A stretch of 64,000 nt of DNA, taken from a bacterium (GTDB lineage: Bacteria; UBA8248). Position 1 is the first letter of the stretch; every line of letters begins with the position of its first letter. Positions 47,132-56,854 of this stretch are shown one piece after another. The position numbers were made by a program, and so were the translations under genes. The stretch lies in assembly GCA_965207065.1 (NCBI GenBank), contig OZ242260.1, forward strand, positions 1,984,001-2,048,000, written 5' to 3'. The notes under the pieces are model-generated. The model had not been told where the DNA came from. It ran no database searches and saw only the letters and a list, made by a program, of their open reading frames with translations.

Positions 47132-48178
47132 GTGGAAACCAGAACGTACGTACGGGGTCTCATCTTCAAATCGGTATTGGCGGTTATCCTGGGAGTGGCG
47201 CTCGTCTTCACGGCCGCCACGCCATCGGAATCTGCCGTCAAGCGGGTCGTCATCACCCAGGCGGTCGAGAGTCTCGCCTTCGTCAGCAACTACGTGGCGC
47301 GCGCGAACGGCTACTTCGCAGAAGAGGGGCTGGCCGCAGAGGTTATCTCCACGCGGGGCGGCGGGCCGGACATCAAGGCCAATCTCGCAGGCCAGGCGGA
47401 TTTCTCCATCGCGGCGGGCACCTACCAGATCAACGCCGTCAAGGCGGGCGGCGCCCTCATCGCGGTGATGAGCTGCCTGAACCGCAGCATCGTCAACTCC
47501 GCCATCCGCAAGGACGTGGCGAAGAAGCTCGGCATCACCGCCAAGACGCCCTACAAGGAAAAGATCAAGAAACTGAAGGGCCTGACCGTGGGCGCCACGC
47601 GTCCCGGCGCGCTCACCTACAACCAGGGCGAATACTGGATCCGCCAGGCCGGCTACACCCCTCAGAAAGAGGTGAAGCTCATCGGCGCGGGCGCGGGCCC
47701 GGTGCTCATCGCCGCGCTTCAGCGCGGCAAAATCGATGTAGCGATCCAGACGATTCCCGTGCCGGAGACGGCCATATTCAAGGGCATCGGCATTCCCTTC
47801 GTCACGAACTCGGCGGGCGAGGACCCGGAGATGGACCAGTTCATGATGGAGGTCCTGCTCGTGCGGCCCGAATACGCGAAGAAAAACCCCGAGACCGTCC
47901 GCAAGGTGGTCCGGGCGCTTCTCAAGGCCAACAACTGGATCAACAAGCACACCGCCGAGCAGATTCGCGAGAAAATTCAGCTTTACTTCGCCAAGACCGA
48001 CAAGCGGCTGCTGCGCACCAGCATCGCGGCGGTGAAGAAGGCCGTATCGCTGGACGGGAAAGTCACCCAGCGTGCGGTGGACATCACACAGAACCTGCTC
48101 ATCGCGGCGGGCAAGCTCAAGAAGGCGTTCCCGAGGAGCACCCTCGTCACGGACGAGTATCTGCCCGGCAAGATGTGA
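47132..48178 (+). CDS. NitT/TauT-family ABC substrate-binding protein
   Basis: Signal peptide; GYFAEEGL, LKGLTVG, AALQRGKID, KNPETVRKVVRA. Confidence 0.88.
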   Translation: METRTYVRGLIFKSVLAVILGVALVFTAATPSESAVKRVVITQAVESLAFVSNYVARANGYFAEEGLAAEVISTRGGGPDIKANLAGQADFSIAAGTYQINAVKAGGALIAVMSCLNRSIVNSAIRKDVAKKLGITAKTPYKEKIKKLKGLTVGATRPGALTYNQGEYWIRQAGYTPQKEVKLIGAGAGPVLIAALQRGKIDVAIQTIPVPETAIFKGIGIPFVTNSAGEDPEMDQFMMEVLLVRPEYAKKNPETVRKVVRALLKANNWINKHTAEQIREKIQLYFAKTDKRLLRTSIAAVKKAVSLDGKVTQRAVDITQNLLIAAGKLKKAFPRSTLVTDEYLPGKM

Positions 48179-48255
48179 ACTTACACTTCCGACTCTGAAA
48201 ACCGCCGGGGAGGGGCTTTTGAGAGCCTGTCCCCGGCGGCGGAGATTCATGCGCC

Positions 48256-49059
48256 GTGCCTCCAATTCTCTCGATCAAGAACCTGCATAAGGAATTCTTC
48301 TCGCGTGGAAACCGCGTGATCGCCGTCGATGATATGAGCCTCGAGATCGAAGACGGCGAGTTCATCACCATCGTGGGACCGAGCGGGTGCGGGAAGTCCA
48401 CGCTGCTGAACTGCATTATCGGGCTGGTGCACCCCACCTCGGGCACCATCATGTACAAGGATAGAAAGCTGCACGGCATCAATACCGATATCGGCTACGT
48501 GCCGCAGTCGGACTATCTCTACGCCTGGCGCACGCTCATCAACAACGTCGCCTTCCCGCTGGAAATGCGGGGCGTCGACCAGAAGACCAGGCACGAAAAG
48601 GCCCGCGAGTTGATCCAGCGCGTCGGCCTCGCGGGGTTCGAGGATCACTACCCCCACGAACTCTCGGGCGGAATGCGCCAGCGGGCCAACATCATACGCA
48701 CTCTTATATACGACCCGGAAGTCATCCTGATGGACGAGCCCTTCGGGCCGCTCGACGCCCAGACGCGCATTATCCTTCAGGATCAGTTGTTGAAACTCTG
48801 GCGCGAGGCGCGAAAGACCGTGATATTCATCACGCACGACCTCGTCGAGGCCATCGCCCTGGCTGACCGGGTCGTCGTCATGACGAGCCGGCCCGGCAAG
48901 CTCAGGAGCGTCACCGAAGTAGACATTCCGCGTCCGCGAGACGTGTTCACCATCCACAGCAAGGAGGAGTTTCGGCAGACCTACGATCAGCTGTGGCAGG
49001 AATTGCGCGAGGAGGTCCAGCGCAGTGAAGATTGGATGAAAAACGGGTCCGCGAGTTAG
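48256..49059 (+). CDS. NitT/TauT-family ABC ATP-binding protein
   Basis: [34 protein letters not shown]. Confidence 0.93.
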   Translation: MPPILSIKNLHKEFFSRGNRVIAVDDMSLEIEDGEFITIVGPSGCGKSTLLNCIIGLVHPTSGTIMYKDRKLHGINTDIGYVPQSDYLYAWRTLINNVAFPLEMRGVDQKTRHEKARELIQRVGLAGFEDHYPHELSGGMRQRANIIRTLIYDPEVILMDEPFGPLDAQTRIILQDQLLKLWREARKTVIFITHDLVEAIALADRVVVMTSRPGKLRSVTEVDIPRPRDVFTIHSKEEFRQTYDQLWQELREEVQRSEDWMKNGSAS

Positions 49060-49085
49060 AGCGAGCGGATGAGAAGGAGACTCCC

Positions 49086-50186
49086 ATGGTCGACATGATC
49101 GATAAAGAGGCGAGCGAGGACAAGGGATCGAGTGAGGCGGCACAGACCACCCATGAGGCTAACGGCCGCGTCAGGATTCCCAAGCTGGGCGAGATCCTCC
49201 TGACGATTCCCCTGCCGGGCGTACCGCAACTCTGGCGGGGCGATTACCTGATTGGCTCGCTCTTGTTGTTCCTCACGGCGGCCGGCTACATGATGTGCTC
49301 CGTCACGGGCATGTTATTCCACGCCATCGCCTTCGTTGACGTCTCCATATCGAGGACCGGGCGCTTCATCAAGAACCAGAAGTTGCGCATGTTCGTCTAC
49401 CGGGCCTCATTCGCGGGCGGCTTTCTGGCGATGTGGGAGCTCAGCGCCTGGGAGATCGGCCCCAAACAGTGGCTCTGCGTGGACCCGTTCTGGTTCGGCT
49501 CGCCCCTGCGCGTCATGAGCTATATGGTGGAGATTACGCTTTCGGGCAGCGTGTTCGTCGATACCTGGACGACGATGTACGAGGCCTTCCTGGGCTATAT
49601 CCTGGGCGCCGCTCTCGGCATCGCGCTCGGCTTCATTCTGGCGCGGCTGGAAACCCTGGCCGAGATACTCGACCCCTTCATCGTCGCGGTGAACGGCATC
49701 CCGCGCGTGGCGATGGCGCCGATTCTCATCATCTGGTTCGGTATCGGGGTGGAATCGAAAATCGTGCTGGCGGTGAGCCTGGTGCTCTTCTTGACCTTCA
49801 TGAACACCTACTCGGGCCTGAGGGGCGTGGACCCCAACCTGAAGAACCTGGCGCAGGTGATGGGCGCGAACGAGATGCAGGTTCTCTGGAAGGTCACGCT
49901 GCCCGCCGCGATGCCCTGGATACTCACGGGCCTCAAGATAGGCGTTCCGTTCGCCATCATCGGGGCCATCCTGGGCGAGTTCATGGCGGCGAGCAAGGGG
50001 CTGGGCTTCATGATCCAGCACACGAGCAACCTGTTCAACATCGCGGGCTCGTTCGCGGGCCTCATCCTCCTCATGTTCATCGTGCTCATCGCCAACACGG
50101 CGGTGAACTGGCTGGAGCGCTATCTGTTGCGCTGGCGGCCCAAACAGCAAGCCGCAGGCGAAGGCGGCGCAACGGAGGTGTATTAG
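49086..50186 (+). CDS. NitT/TauT-family ABC permease with N-terminal extension
   Basis: IPRVAMAPILIIWFGIG, LPAAMPWI, GAILGEF...GLGF. RBS AAGGAG. Confidence 0.9.
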   Translation: MVDMIDKEASEDKGSSEAAQTTHEANGRVRIPKLGEILLTIPLPGVPQLWRGDYLIGSLLLFLTAAGYMMCSVTGMLFHAIAFVDVSISRTGRFIKNQKLRMFVYRASFAGGFLAMWELSAWEIGPKQWLCVDPFWFGSPLRVMSYMVEITLSGSVFVDTWTTMYEAFLGYILGAALGIALGFILARLETLAEILDPFIVAVNGIPRVAMAPILIIWFGIGVESKIVLAVSLVLFLTFMNTYSGLRGVDPNLKNLAQVMGANEMQVLWKVTLPAAMPWILTGLKIGVPFAIIGAILGEFMAASKGLGFMIQHTSNLFNIAGSFAGLILLMFIVLIANTAVNWLERYLLRWRPKQQAAGEGGATEVY

Positions 50187-50247
50187 GGTTTCCGGGTTTT
50201 CTAAAAACCCAGGTCTGTCGGGATAATCTTTCTTTCTCTGAAACTGC

Positions 50248-50275
50248 GTAGGGACAGGTCGCGACCTGTCCCTAC
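50248..50275. repeat. GTAG REP palindrome
   Basis: GTAGGGACAGGTCGCGACCTGTCCCTAC, identical to 46735-46762. Confidence 0.9.
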
Positions 50276-50355
50276 CGTGTGTTAGCCCTGCAATGTATGA
50301 CATGGGCGGGCACGGTTGAACTTTCCTCTTCGGGAAGTTCGACGTCCCTACACCC

Positions 50356-51144
50356 TCATGCGCCCTTGTTCACCGGCGGGGTGACGCCGATTTCACCGCG
50401 CATCAAACGGCGGAAGGCGATGCGCCGCCGAATGTCGCGCGAGACGGCGCTCACGACGCGCCGCCACGTCACGTACAGTACGCCGTCGTCGCGCATGTGT
50501 TCTTTGCGCGCGAGTCTGCGGGCGCGCTCGATCTGGGAATCGTCCTGCTCATCGTGAGAGACGACGGGCGGGTCGATGTAAAACACGTTCAGCCCGTTCT
50601 CCCAGAAACGGGATAACGCCTGGTCGATTTCGCGCATCATCATGGGCGTGTTCTCGAGAAAATGGCGGGCCGCCTCGCGGGTGATGACGTAGCCTTCGCT
50701 GCCGTAGTCGGAGTAGCGCACCCGCCCGACCCGGTGTCCCGTATCGAGGCGCTCGCAGGGGATGAAGGTTCTGGGCGAGCGCCGGTTCAGCTTCACGACG
50801 TCGAAAGCGAAGGGCCTGCGCTCCAAGGCGTCGAGCACCTCGGGCAGGTCCGCCGACAGCCCGGCGTCGTCCTCGAAGATCGCCGCCGTTTCCGGACCGT
50901 TCTCCACGATCTCCCGCATCACCTGACGCTGGCTTATCCAGTTGGCGATGGAACCGTCCGCCTGAGGCCAGAGGCCCAGCCGCCGCCTGGTTTCCCTATC
51001 GACCTGTGCGTAATGCTCGGGGGTGAGTTCTTTAGCATCGAGGGCAGGATGAAACGTCGCTTCCAACCCCAGCGACTCGAACTGCTCCTCCATCCGGCGG
51101 CGGCGCTCCACGGCCCTGGCGATATTGATGACGAACGCTTTCAT
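50356..51144 (-). CDS. Glycosyltransferase family 25 (Lex2B/LgtB-like)
   Basis: FVINIARAVERR, AIFEDD, GSEGYVIT, EID. Confidence 0.85.
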   Translation of the reverse strand: MKAFVINIARAVERRRRMEEQFESLGLEATFHPALDAKELTPEHYAQVDRETRRRLGLWPQADGSIANWISQRQVMREIVENGPETAAIFEDDAGLSADLPEVLDALERRPFAFDVVKLNRRSPRTFIPCERLDTGHRVGRVRYSDYGSEGYVITREAARHFLENTPMMMREIDQALSRFWENGLNVFYIDPPVVSHDEQDDSQIERARRLARKEHMRDDGVLYVTWRRVVSAVSRDIRRRIAFRRLMRGEIGVTPPVNKGA

Positions 51145-51218
51145 GGTCGGGTCCCCTCGTGGTGGCGAATTTTTTCAATTCTCCGCCGGACGATTCAGAC
51201 GCATATCCCCTCGCATGT

Positions 51219-52415
51219 TCAAAGCACTCGGCGAGCGCGGCGCTCGCGCACCAGGTCGAGAATCAGTCGCTTATACTGATCGACCGAGGCGTCGAAGGAG
51301 AACTCTTGCGCCCTGGCGAGCAACGCCTCCTTCTCCGGCGGGGAATCGAGAACACGCTCCATGGCCGCCGCAAGCGCAGAATCATCCCCCACGGGAACGA
51401 GCGGGCCGAAGCGCCCGTTATTTAAAATCTCCGCCGGACCTGAAGGGCAGTCCGTGCTGACGCAGGGACAGCCGCACGCCATCGCCTCGATCAGGACATT
51501 GCCCAATCCTTCATTCCTGGACGAGAGAACGAACAACGTGGCGCGGCTCATGAAGGCGTAGGGGTTCGAGACCCAGCCGGGCAGGGAAACATTCTCTTGA
51601 AGCCCCAATTTGCGGATCAACTTCTCCAGCCGCTGTCTCCAGCTACCTTCCCCCAGAATGATCAGGCGGACATCGCGATTCCGGGAAACCTGCCGAAACG
51701 CCCGCAACAAGGTCGGGTAATCCTTGACCCGCGCCAGCCGTCCGGCAGCCAGTATAACCGGGGGGCCATCGTCGGACATCCAGGGGTGTTCGGGAACGTC
51801 GCGAGCCAGCTTGGTGATTTCCTCAGTGTCAGCCGGATTGTAGATTCGGGAAATTTTTACGCGGGGGAATTCGAGATTAGTAGATAGATTGTCGGCGACG
51901 CCATCGGACACGGTGACGAGCCGATCAGCCATAGGAAACAAGATCGAGTAGAGGCTGCGAAACCTCCGCTTTCTGTTAATGAGTACGCTATGGATAGTTG
52001 GGATTACTACCGGTCCCAGCCTAGAGAAACAAATAGCGAGCAATGCCGCTGATTTCGCTCTTGGAAGCGAGGGAAGGACGCAGTCCGGCTGCTCTGCGTC
52101 GATATAGGCGGCCATAGAGCGGGCGTCCTGCAACAATCTTCTCCGTAAAAACTTGAGAATCCTATAACCAAAGCGCCGTACTAGATGGATGCGGTCGTGA
52201 ATGTCATGTATCGGTCCTGGTTTCAGTTCAATCAGGCGAGCCTCGGAGGGCATTTCATCCGCAAGCGTGTCTATTTTTTCGAAAACGAGAATATCTACAC
52301 GATACCCTCGCTCAATCAGTCCACGCGCCAGTTTCAGCACTGAGCGTTCCGCACCGCCGCCGCCCAAATGAGGAATGGCGAGGGCGATTCGCAGGGGTTT
52401 ATCAGGATCGTTCAT
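51219..52415 (-). CDS. Glycosyltransferase family 4
   Basis: GGGAERS, AGRLARVKD, LSSRNEGLGNVLIEAMACG, TDCPSGPAEIL. Confidence 0.92.
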   Translation of the reverse strand: MNDPDKPLRIALAIPHLGGGGAERSVLKLARGLIERGYRVDILVFEKIDTLADEMPSEARLIELKPGPIHDIHDRIHLVRRFGYRILKFLRRRLLQDARSMAAYIDAEQPDCVLPSLPRAKSAALLAICFSRLGPVVIPTIHSVLINRKRRFRSLYSILFPMADRLVTVSDGVADNLSTNLEFPRVKISRIYNPADTEEITKLARDVPEHPWMSDDGPPVILAAGRLARVKDYPTLLRAFRQVSRNRDVRLIILGEGSWRQRLEKLIRKLGLQENVSLPGWVSNPYAFMSRATLFVLSSRNEGLGNVLIEAMACGCPCVSTDCPSGPAEILNNGRFGPLVPVGDDSALAAAMERVLDSPPEKEALLARAQEFSFDASVDQYKRLILDLVRERRARRVL

Positions 52416-52513
52416 TTCTGGTTTTCCGATCACCAATTGCCGAGAAGCAATGCTCTTTCGAACTGCCGATAGACGTCACCCCAGAGTCTTGATTCACACC
52501 GTCTTGTTTCTGC

Positions 52514-53290
52514 TCACCCTGAAACGCCGCCGTTCCTGGCGCTCCTGACCTTGCGAGAGAAATATACGCGCTTGAGCGCCTCTTCTCTAAGATTACTGAG
52601 CGCGCGGCGCCCCAGTTTCAAAAAATTCCGTCTCGGCCGGGAAACCGCCGCCTCCTGAAGGAAAGAGTGGCCGCCTGTCTCGTTTCCATCGAATACGACG
52701 GGCGTTTCCAGGGAAAAAACTTCCATTCCGTTTTCCCAGTATGCGTGCAACGTATGATCGATCTGATGTACGATTCTCGGACAATTTTTCAGAAAGCGGC
52801 TTGCTCCTTTTTTCGAGACCACGTAACTCTGCGTCCCCCAGTCTGAAAATTTGGTGATGCCCAACCGAGTGTCCGCATCGACTCTCTTGAGCGGCGCAAA
52901 GGGTTTGTCCGTCCTGTTTCGATGCAGAAAAACGAAGTCGAATCCCCAGCCCGAGGCGTAGAGCCGCGCAAGGGCTTCGAGAGCGCCCCCGATTTCAGGC
53001 GCGAGAGTTACGTCGTCCTCGAAGACGGCGACGAGTTCATCCTCTCCCGCCGCGACGACACCGAGCGCCTTTCTGTGGCTCAGGTGGCAGGCGATCATGC
53101 CGTCCGAAAGCGGGCGACGACCCTCCCGGTCGCGGGATTTCCTGTCCACGAGGGCCCAATCTTCCTCATTCAGTTCGCGCCAGTCCGTGGCGTCGAATAT
53201 CTCGAATTCCATGCCCAAAGCCTCGAACTGCTTGCGCATCGCCTCGCGCCGGGTCTCTGCACGCAACAGGTTGATGACAATGCACTTCAT
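52514..53290 (-). CDS. Glycosyltransferase family 25
   Basis: VINLLRAETRR, ACHLSH, VFEDD, GTQSYVVS, HQID. Confidence 0.87.
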   Translation of the reverse strand: MKCIVINLLRAETRREAMRKQFEALGMEFEIFDATDWRELNEEDWALVDRKSRDREGRRPLSDGMIACHLSHRKALGVVAAGEDELVAVFEDDVTLAPEIGGALEALARLYASGWGFDFVFLHRNRTDKPFAPLKRVDADTRLGITKFSDWGTQSYVVSKKGASRFLKNCPRIVHQIDHTLHAYWENGMEVFSLETPVVFDGNETGGHSFLQEAAVSRPRRNFLKLGRRALSNLREEALKRVYFSRKVRSARNGGVSG

Positions 53291-53651
53291 CGTATGAGGC
53301 GCAATATCCACCGTTTCATCCCTTTACTCCGATTTGTTCGACGGTTCCGTGAGGTATTTCGTGGAATTTTTTCATCGCTTCCCCTCGGCCGGCTCCATTC
53401 CATCTCCGTGGGCGATGGTAGCATTTCTTCGCTTGCGTGGTAACGAGGGGGTGCGGGAATCGGCGGGCTGGAGCATCTGATGCACCGGTGGACAGGGCCC
53501 GCATCTCCCCGCAAGCTCTTCGCCACCCGCATCCGCCGCGACCGCCCCGGCCGCATCCCGAAAATCCGGGATGGATTCTCATGCCGAAATGAGTGATAAT
53601 AGGGCCTTCCAAAATCAGGGACATTATCTTTTCCAACCTGGAGGAAAGCAG

Positions 53652-54626
53652 ATGAAAACGTGCCGTACCTTGAGCTTCATTCTGATAGCTGTATTCGCTG
53701 CCGCATTGCCGCTGCAATCCGCTTCGGCCGCCTATCCCGAAAAGCCGATTCAGTTCATCATTCCCTTCGGCGCGGGTGGCGGAGCGGACATCGAGGGGCG
53801 CCTGCTCGCCAAGGGCATGGCGAAAGAACTCGGCGTTCCCGTGGTGGCCATCAACAAGCCGGGCGCCGGCGGCGCCGTGACCTACACCTTCGTCAAGAAC
53901 TCCAAGCCGGACGGCTATATCGTGGCCTGGAACTCCACCTCCGTCCTCACCTCCACGAACATCGGCAACGTGCCGTGGGGCTATCAGGAACTCGACCATA
54001 TCGGGCGGGTGCACTTCCAGCCCCTGGTGGTGGCGGTGAACGCCAAGTCGAAATGGAAGACGGCCAAGGATTTCGTGGCGGACTGCAAGAAAAAGCCGAA
54101 CACGCTCAAAATCGGCCACGCGGGCACCGGCAGCACCACGCATCTCACGGCGGTTATTTTCTCGAGCATGACGGGCTGTAAGGCCATACTCGTCCCCCTG
54201 GGCGTCAAGCGGCGCAACGCGGCGCTTCTGAGCGGCGAGGTCGACGCCATGGGTGCGCCTCTCACGGGGGCGATTCGCCTGGCGAAAGCGAACAAGTTCC
54301 GCATCATCACCCACATCACGGGCAAGCGGAACCCGGCCATCCCGGACGTGCCGACCATGAAGGAAATGGGCCACGACATCGACTTCGACCATTTCCGCGG
54401 CCTCAGCGTGCCGAAGGGAACGCCTGCCGCGGTGAAGGCGAAACTCGTCGACGCCATGAAAAAGGCAGCCAACTCGGCGGCTTTCAAGAAACTGGCCAAG
54501 ACGAAGGGCTTCACGATCGACCCGAGCGGGCCGGAAGAGTTCGGCAAAATGCTCGCCAAGCGTGACAAGATTGTCGCCGACATCATGAAAGCCACTGGAG
54601 TATACAAGTCCAAGACGAAGAAATAA
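53652..54626 (+). CDS. tctC: Tripartite tricarboxylate transporter substrate-binding protein
   Basis: YPEKPIQFIIPFGAGGGAD, NKPGAGG, PDVPTMKE. Confidence 0.92.
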   Translation: MKTCRTLSFILIAVFAAALPLQSASAAYPEKPIQFIIPFGAGGGADIEGRLLAKGMAKELGVPVVAINKPGAGGAVTYTFVKNSKPDGYIVAWNSTSVLTSTNIGNVPWGYQELDHIGRVHFQPLVVAVNAKSKWKTAKDFVADCKKKPNTLKIGHAGTGSTTHLTAVIFSSMTGCKAILVPLGVKRRNAALLSGEVDAMGAPLTGAIRLAKANKFRIITHITGKRNPAIPDVPTMKEMGHDIDFDHFRGLSVPKGTPAAVKAKLVDAMKKAANSAAFKKLAKTKGFTIDPSGPEEFGKMLAKRDKIVADIMKATGVYKSKTKK

Positions 54627-54650
54627 TCGCGCCAATCGCGTGACACACGG

Positions 54651-54690
54651 GGGCCGCCTCTTCCAAGGAGGGGGCGGCCTTCGTTTTCTT
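54651..54690 (+). terminator. Hairpin after tctC
   Basis: GGCCGCCTCTTCC-AA-GGAGGGGGCGGCC followed by TTCGTTTTCTT. Confidence 0.6.
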
Positions 54691-54721
54691 ACCGTTTTCA
54701 TCTCCTTCGGACGGATTCGGA

Positions 54722-55204
54722 ATGGGACCCAGAAACATAGTCGGCGGGGTGGTCATATTCGGATTAACGCTCTACTACGGCGGCCTCGCCACCCTGCTTC
54801 CCAAGCGCACCACGACCGACGCGCCGGGACCCCATTTTTTCCCCTATTTGATCACTATTTCGATACTCGCCCTCTCCGCGATGCTCATCTTCCAGGGGGT
54901 GAGGGGGCTTAAGGGCTCAAACGGCCTCGCCGACCTGAGGCCCGAAAGACCTTCTTCGAACGAGAATTTCAGCATCGCCCGCGCAGCGGCCGGCCTGCTG
55001 CTAACGGGACTTTATTTTTTCGCGCTTTCCTTATTCGGGTTCTTCTGGTCCACGCCCGTCTTCTTCGGCGCTCTCATGTGGGTGACGGGCGAGCGCCGCC
55101 CGCTGGTTCTCCTGGGACTTGCGATTGCCGTTCCCATGTTCTTGTTCTTCCTGTTCCGCGACCTGTTTCAGCTTCCCCTGCCAAGGGGAAGTTATTTCGG
55201 ATGA
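54722..55204 (+). CDS. tctB: Tripartite tricarboxylate transporter small permease
   Basis: GPHFFP, four TMs, LFQLPLPRG. Confidence 0.88.
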   Translation: MGPRNIVGGVVIFGLTLYYGGLATLLPKRTTTDAPGPHFFPYLITISILALSAMLIFQGVRGLKGSNGLADLRPERPSSNENFSIARAAAGLLLTGLYFFALSLFGFFWSTPVFFGALMWVTGERRPLVLLGLAIAVPMFLFFLFRDLFQLPLPRGSYFG

Positions 55205-55210
55205 CGCCAT

Positions 55211-56719
55211 ATGAATGGTGACTTGCTACAGGGGTTCTACCTCGCCCTTGCGCCGACGAGCATTCTGGCCACCGCTCTGGGCGCTCTGCACGGCCTCATA
55301 TGCGGGATGATGCCGGGGCTTACGACGAGCGCGGGCATCATCATCCTGTTTCCGGTCACTTTCATCCTGGAGCCGACGACCGCCGTGGCGCTCCTGCTGG
55401 GCGTCTTCGCGGGCGGTATGACGGGGGGGAGCTTCGCCGCCATTCTCATCAACATCCCCGGCTCGCCGTCGGCCTCGGCCACCACGATGGACGGATTCCC
55501 TCTTACCCAGAAGGGAGAAGCCGGGCGGGCGCTGGGCGTTTCCATCGTATCGAGCTTCACCGGCGGTCTTTTCAGTTTCTTCTGCCTGCTGCTCATCGCT
55601 CCACAACTCACGAAAGTGGCTCTTCAGTTCCGCGCGGCCGACCTGTTCGGGCTGGTCTTCTTCGGTATGTCCGTCATATCCGCCTTCGCGGCGAAATCGC
55701 TCGTGAAGGGTCTTTTGTCCACTTTTCTGGGCCTCATGATCGTGACGGTGGGGATGGACCCCCTCGTGGGGACGGCGCGCTTCACCTTCGGGGACGCGAA
55801 CATGCTCGCGGGTATCCACTTCATCGCTGCTCTCGTGGGCCTGTTCGCGATTCCGGAGATAGTGGCGAACCTGGCGGAGGGGAACATACGTTCGGTCGCC
55901 TCGAAATTCGGCCGCGTGTTTCCGAGTTGGGAGGACATCAAGAAAATCCGGCTTCCGGTTGCCATCGGCTCCATCGTGGGCACATTCGTCGGCATCCTGC
56001 CGGGAGCGGGCGGTCCGATAGCCGTTTTCGTGAGCTACGACTACGCCCAGAAAATCAGCAAGGAGCCGGAGCAATTTGGAAAGGGCTGTGTGGAGGGAGT
56101 GGCCGCGCCCGAATCGGCGAACAGTTCCATCGCGGGCGGGGCGCTCATTCCCATGATGACGCTGGGGATTCCGGGCGACCCGATAACCGCTATCCTCATC
56201 GGCGCCTTGCTGGTGCACGGCATGGCGCCGGGGCCGCTTCTTTTCGTGGAGCAGGGGCCTTTTGCGTTTTCCGTGCTCTTCTCGTATTTCATCGCGATTT
56301 GCAGTACGGCGACGGTCGCGTTCCTGGGCTTGAGGCTTATCGTGAAACTGCTGACCATACCCCGCTCGCTCCTTTTGCCGATTATCGTTGCCCTGTGCGT
56401 GTTGGGGACGTATGCGCTGAGGAATTCTTTCTTCGACATCTACGTCATGTTCTTCTTCGGTCTCGTAGCGCTATCGTTCAAGTGGCTCGATATCCCGGTT
56501 GTTCCCATGCTGCTTGCGCTCGTGCTGGGGCGGCAACTCGAGGAGCACATGCGGGTCGCCCTCGCCGCATCCAAAGGCGATGTTTCGATTTTCTTCACTT
56601 CTCCGTGGTGTCTGGTTTTCCTCTGCCTTTCAGTGGTCTCTTTTACCTGGCCGTTCTTTCTCGAGTGGAGAGTCAAGAAAAAAGCGCTCAAGAAGGCGTC
56701 CGAGCCTTCCTCGGCATAG
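55211..56719 (+). CDS. tctA: Tripartite tricarboxylate transporter large permease
   Basis: GMMPGL, ILINIPGSP, DGFPL, GVAAPESAN, TLGIPG. Confidence 0.93.
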   Translation: MNGDLLQGFYLALAPTSILATALGALHGLICGMMPGLTTSAGIIILFPVTFILEPTTAVALLLGVFAGGMTGGSFAAILINIPGSPSASATTMDGFPLTQKGEAGRALGVSIVSSFTGGLFSFFCLLLIAPQLTKVALQFRAADLFGLVFFGMSVISAFAAKSLVKGLLSTFLGLMIVTVGMDPLVGTARFTFGDANMLAGIHFIAALVGLFAIPEIVANLAEGNIRSVASKFGRVFPSWEDIKKIRLPVAIGSIVGTFVGILPGAGGPIAVFVSYDYAQKISKEPEQFGKGCVEGVAAPESANSSIAGGALIPMMTLGIPGDPITAILIGALLVHGMAPGPLLFVEQGPFAFSVLFSYFIAICSTATVAFLGLRLIVKLLTIPRSLLLPIIVALCVLGTYALRNSFFDIYVMFFFGLVALSFKWLDIPVVPMLLALVLGRQLEEHMRVALAASKGDVSIFFTSPWCLVFLCLSVVSFTWPFFLEWRVKKKALKKASEPSSA

Positions 56720-56854
56720 AAGCGCGTCGCCCGCCGGGAGATGGAGAGAACGAACGGACACGGGAAATCCTTTGTGATGGAAGAAGAGGCCGTGCAAATG
56801 AAAATTACGCAAACGCCAATGTCCGGTTCTTGAGAGAAGGGAGAGCAACGAGCC

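Noticed and set aside
53445-53575. Repeated CCGCATC words and GC hairpins between GT25 and tctC
   Set aside because: Spacing is irregular in very GC-rich DNA, so it cannot be distinguished from chance.
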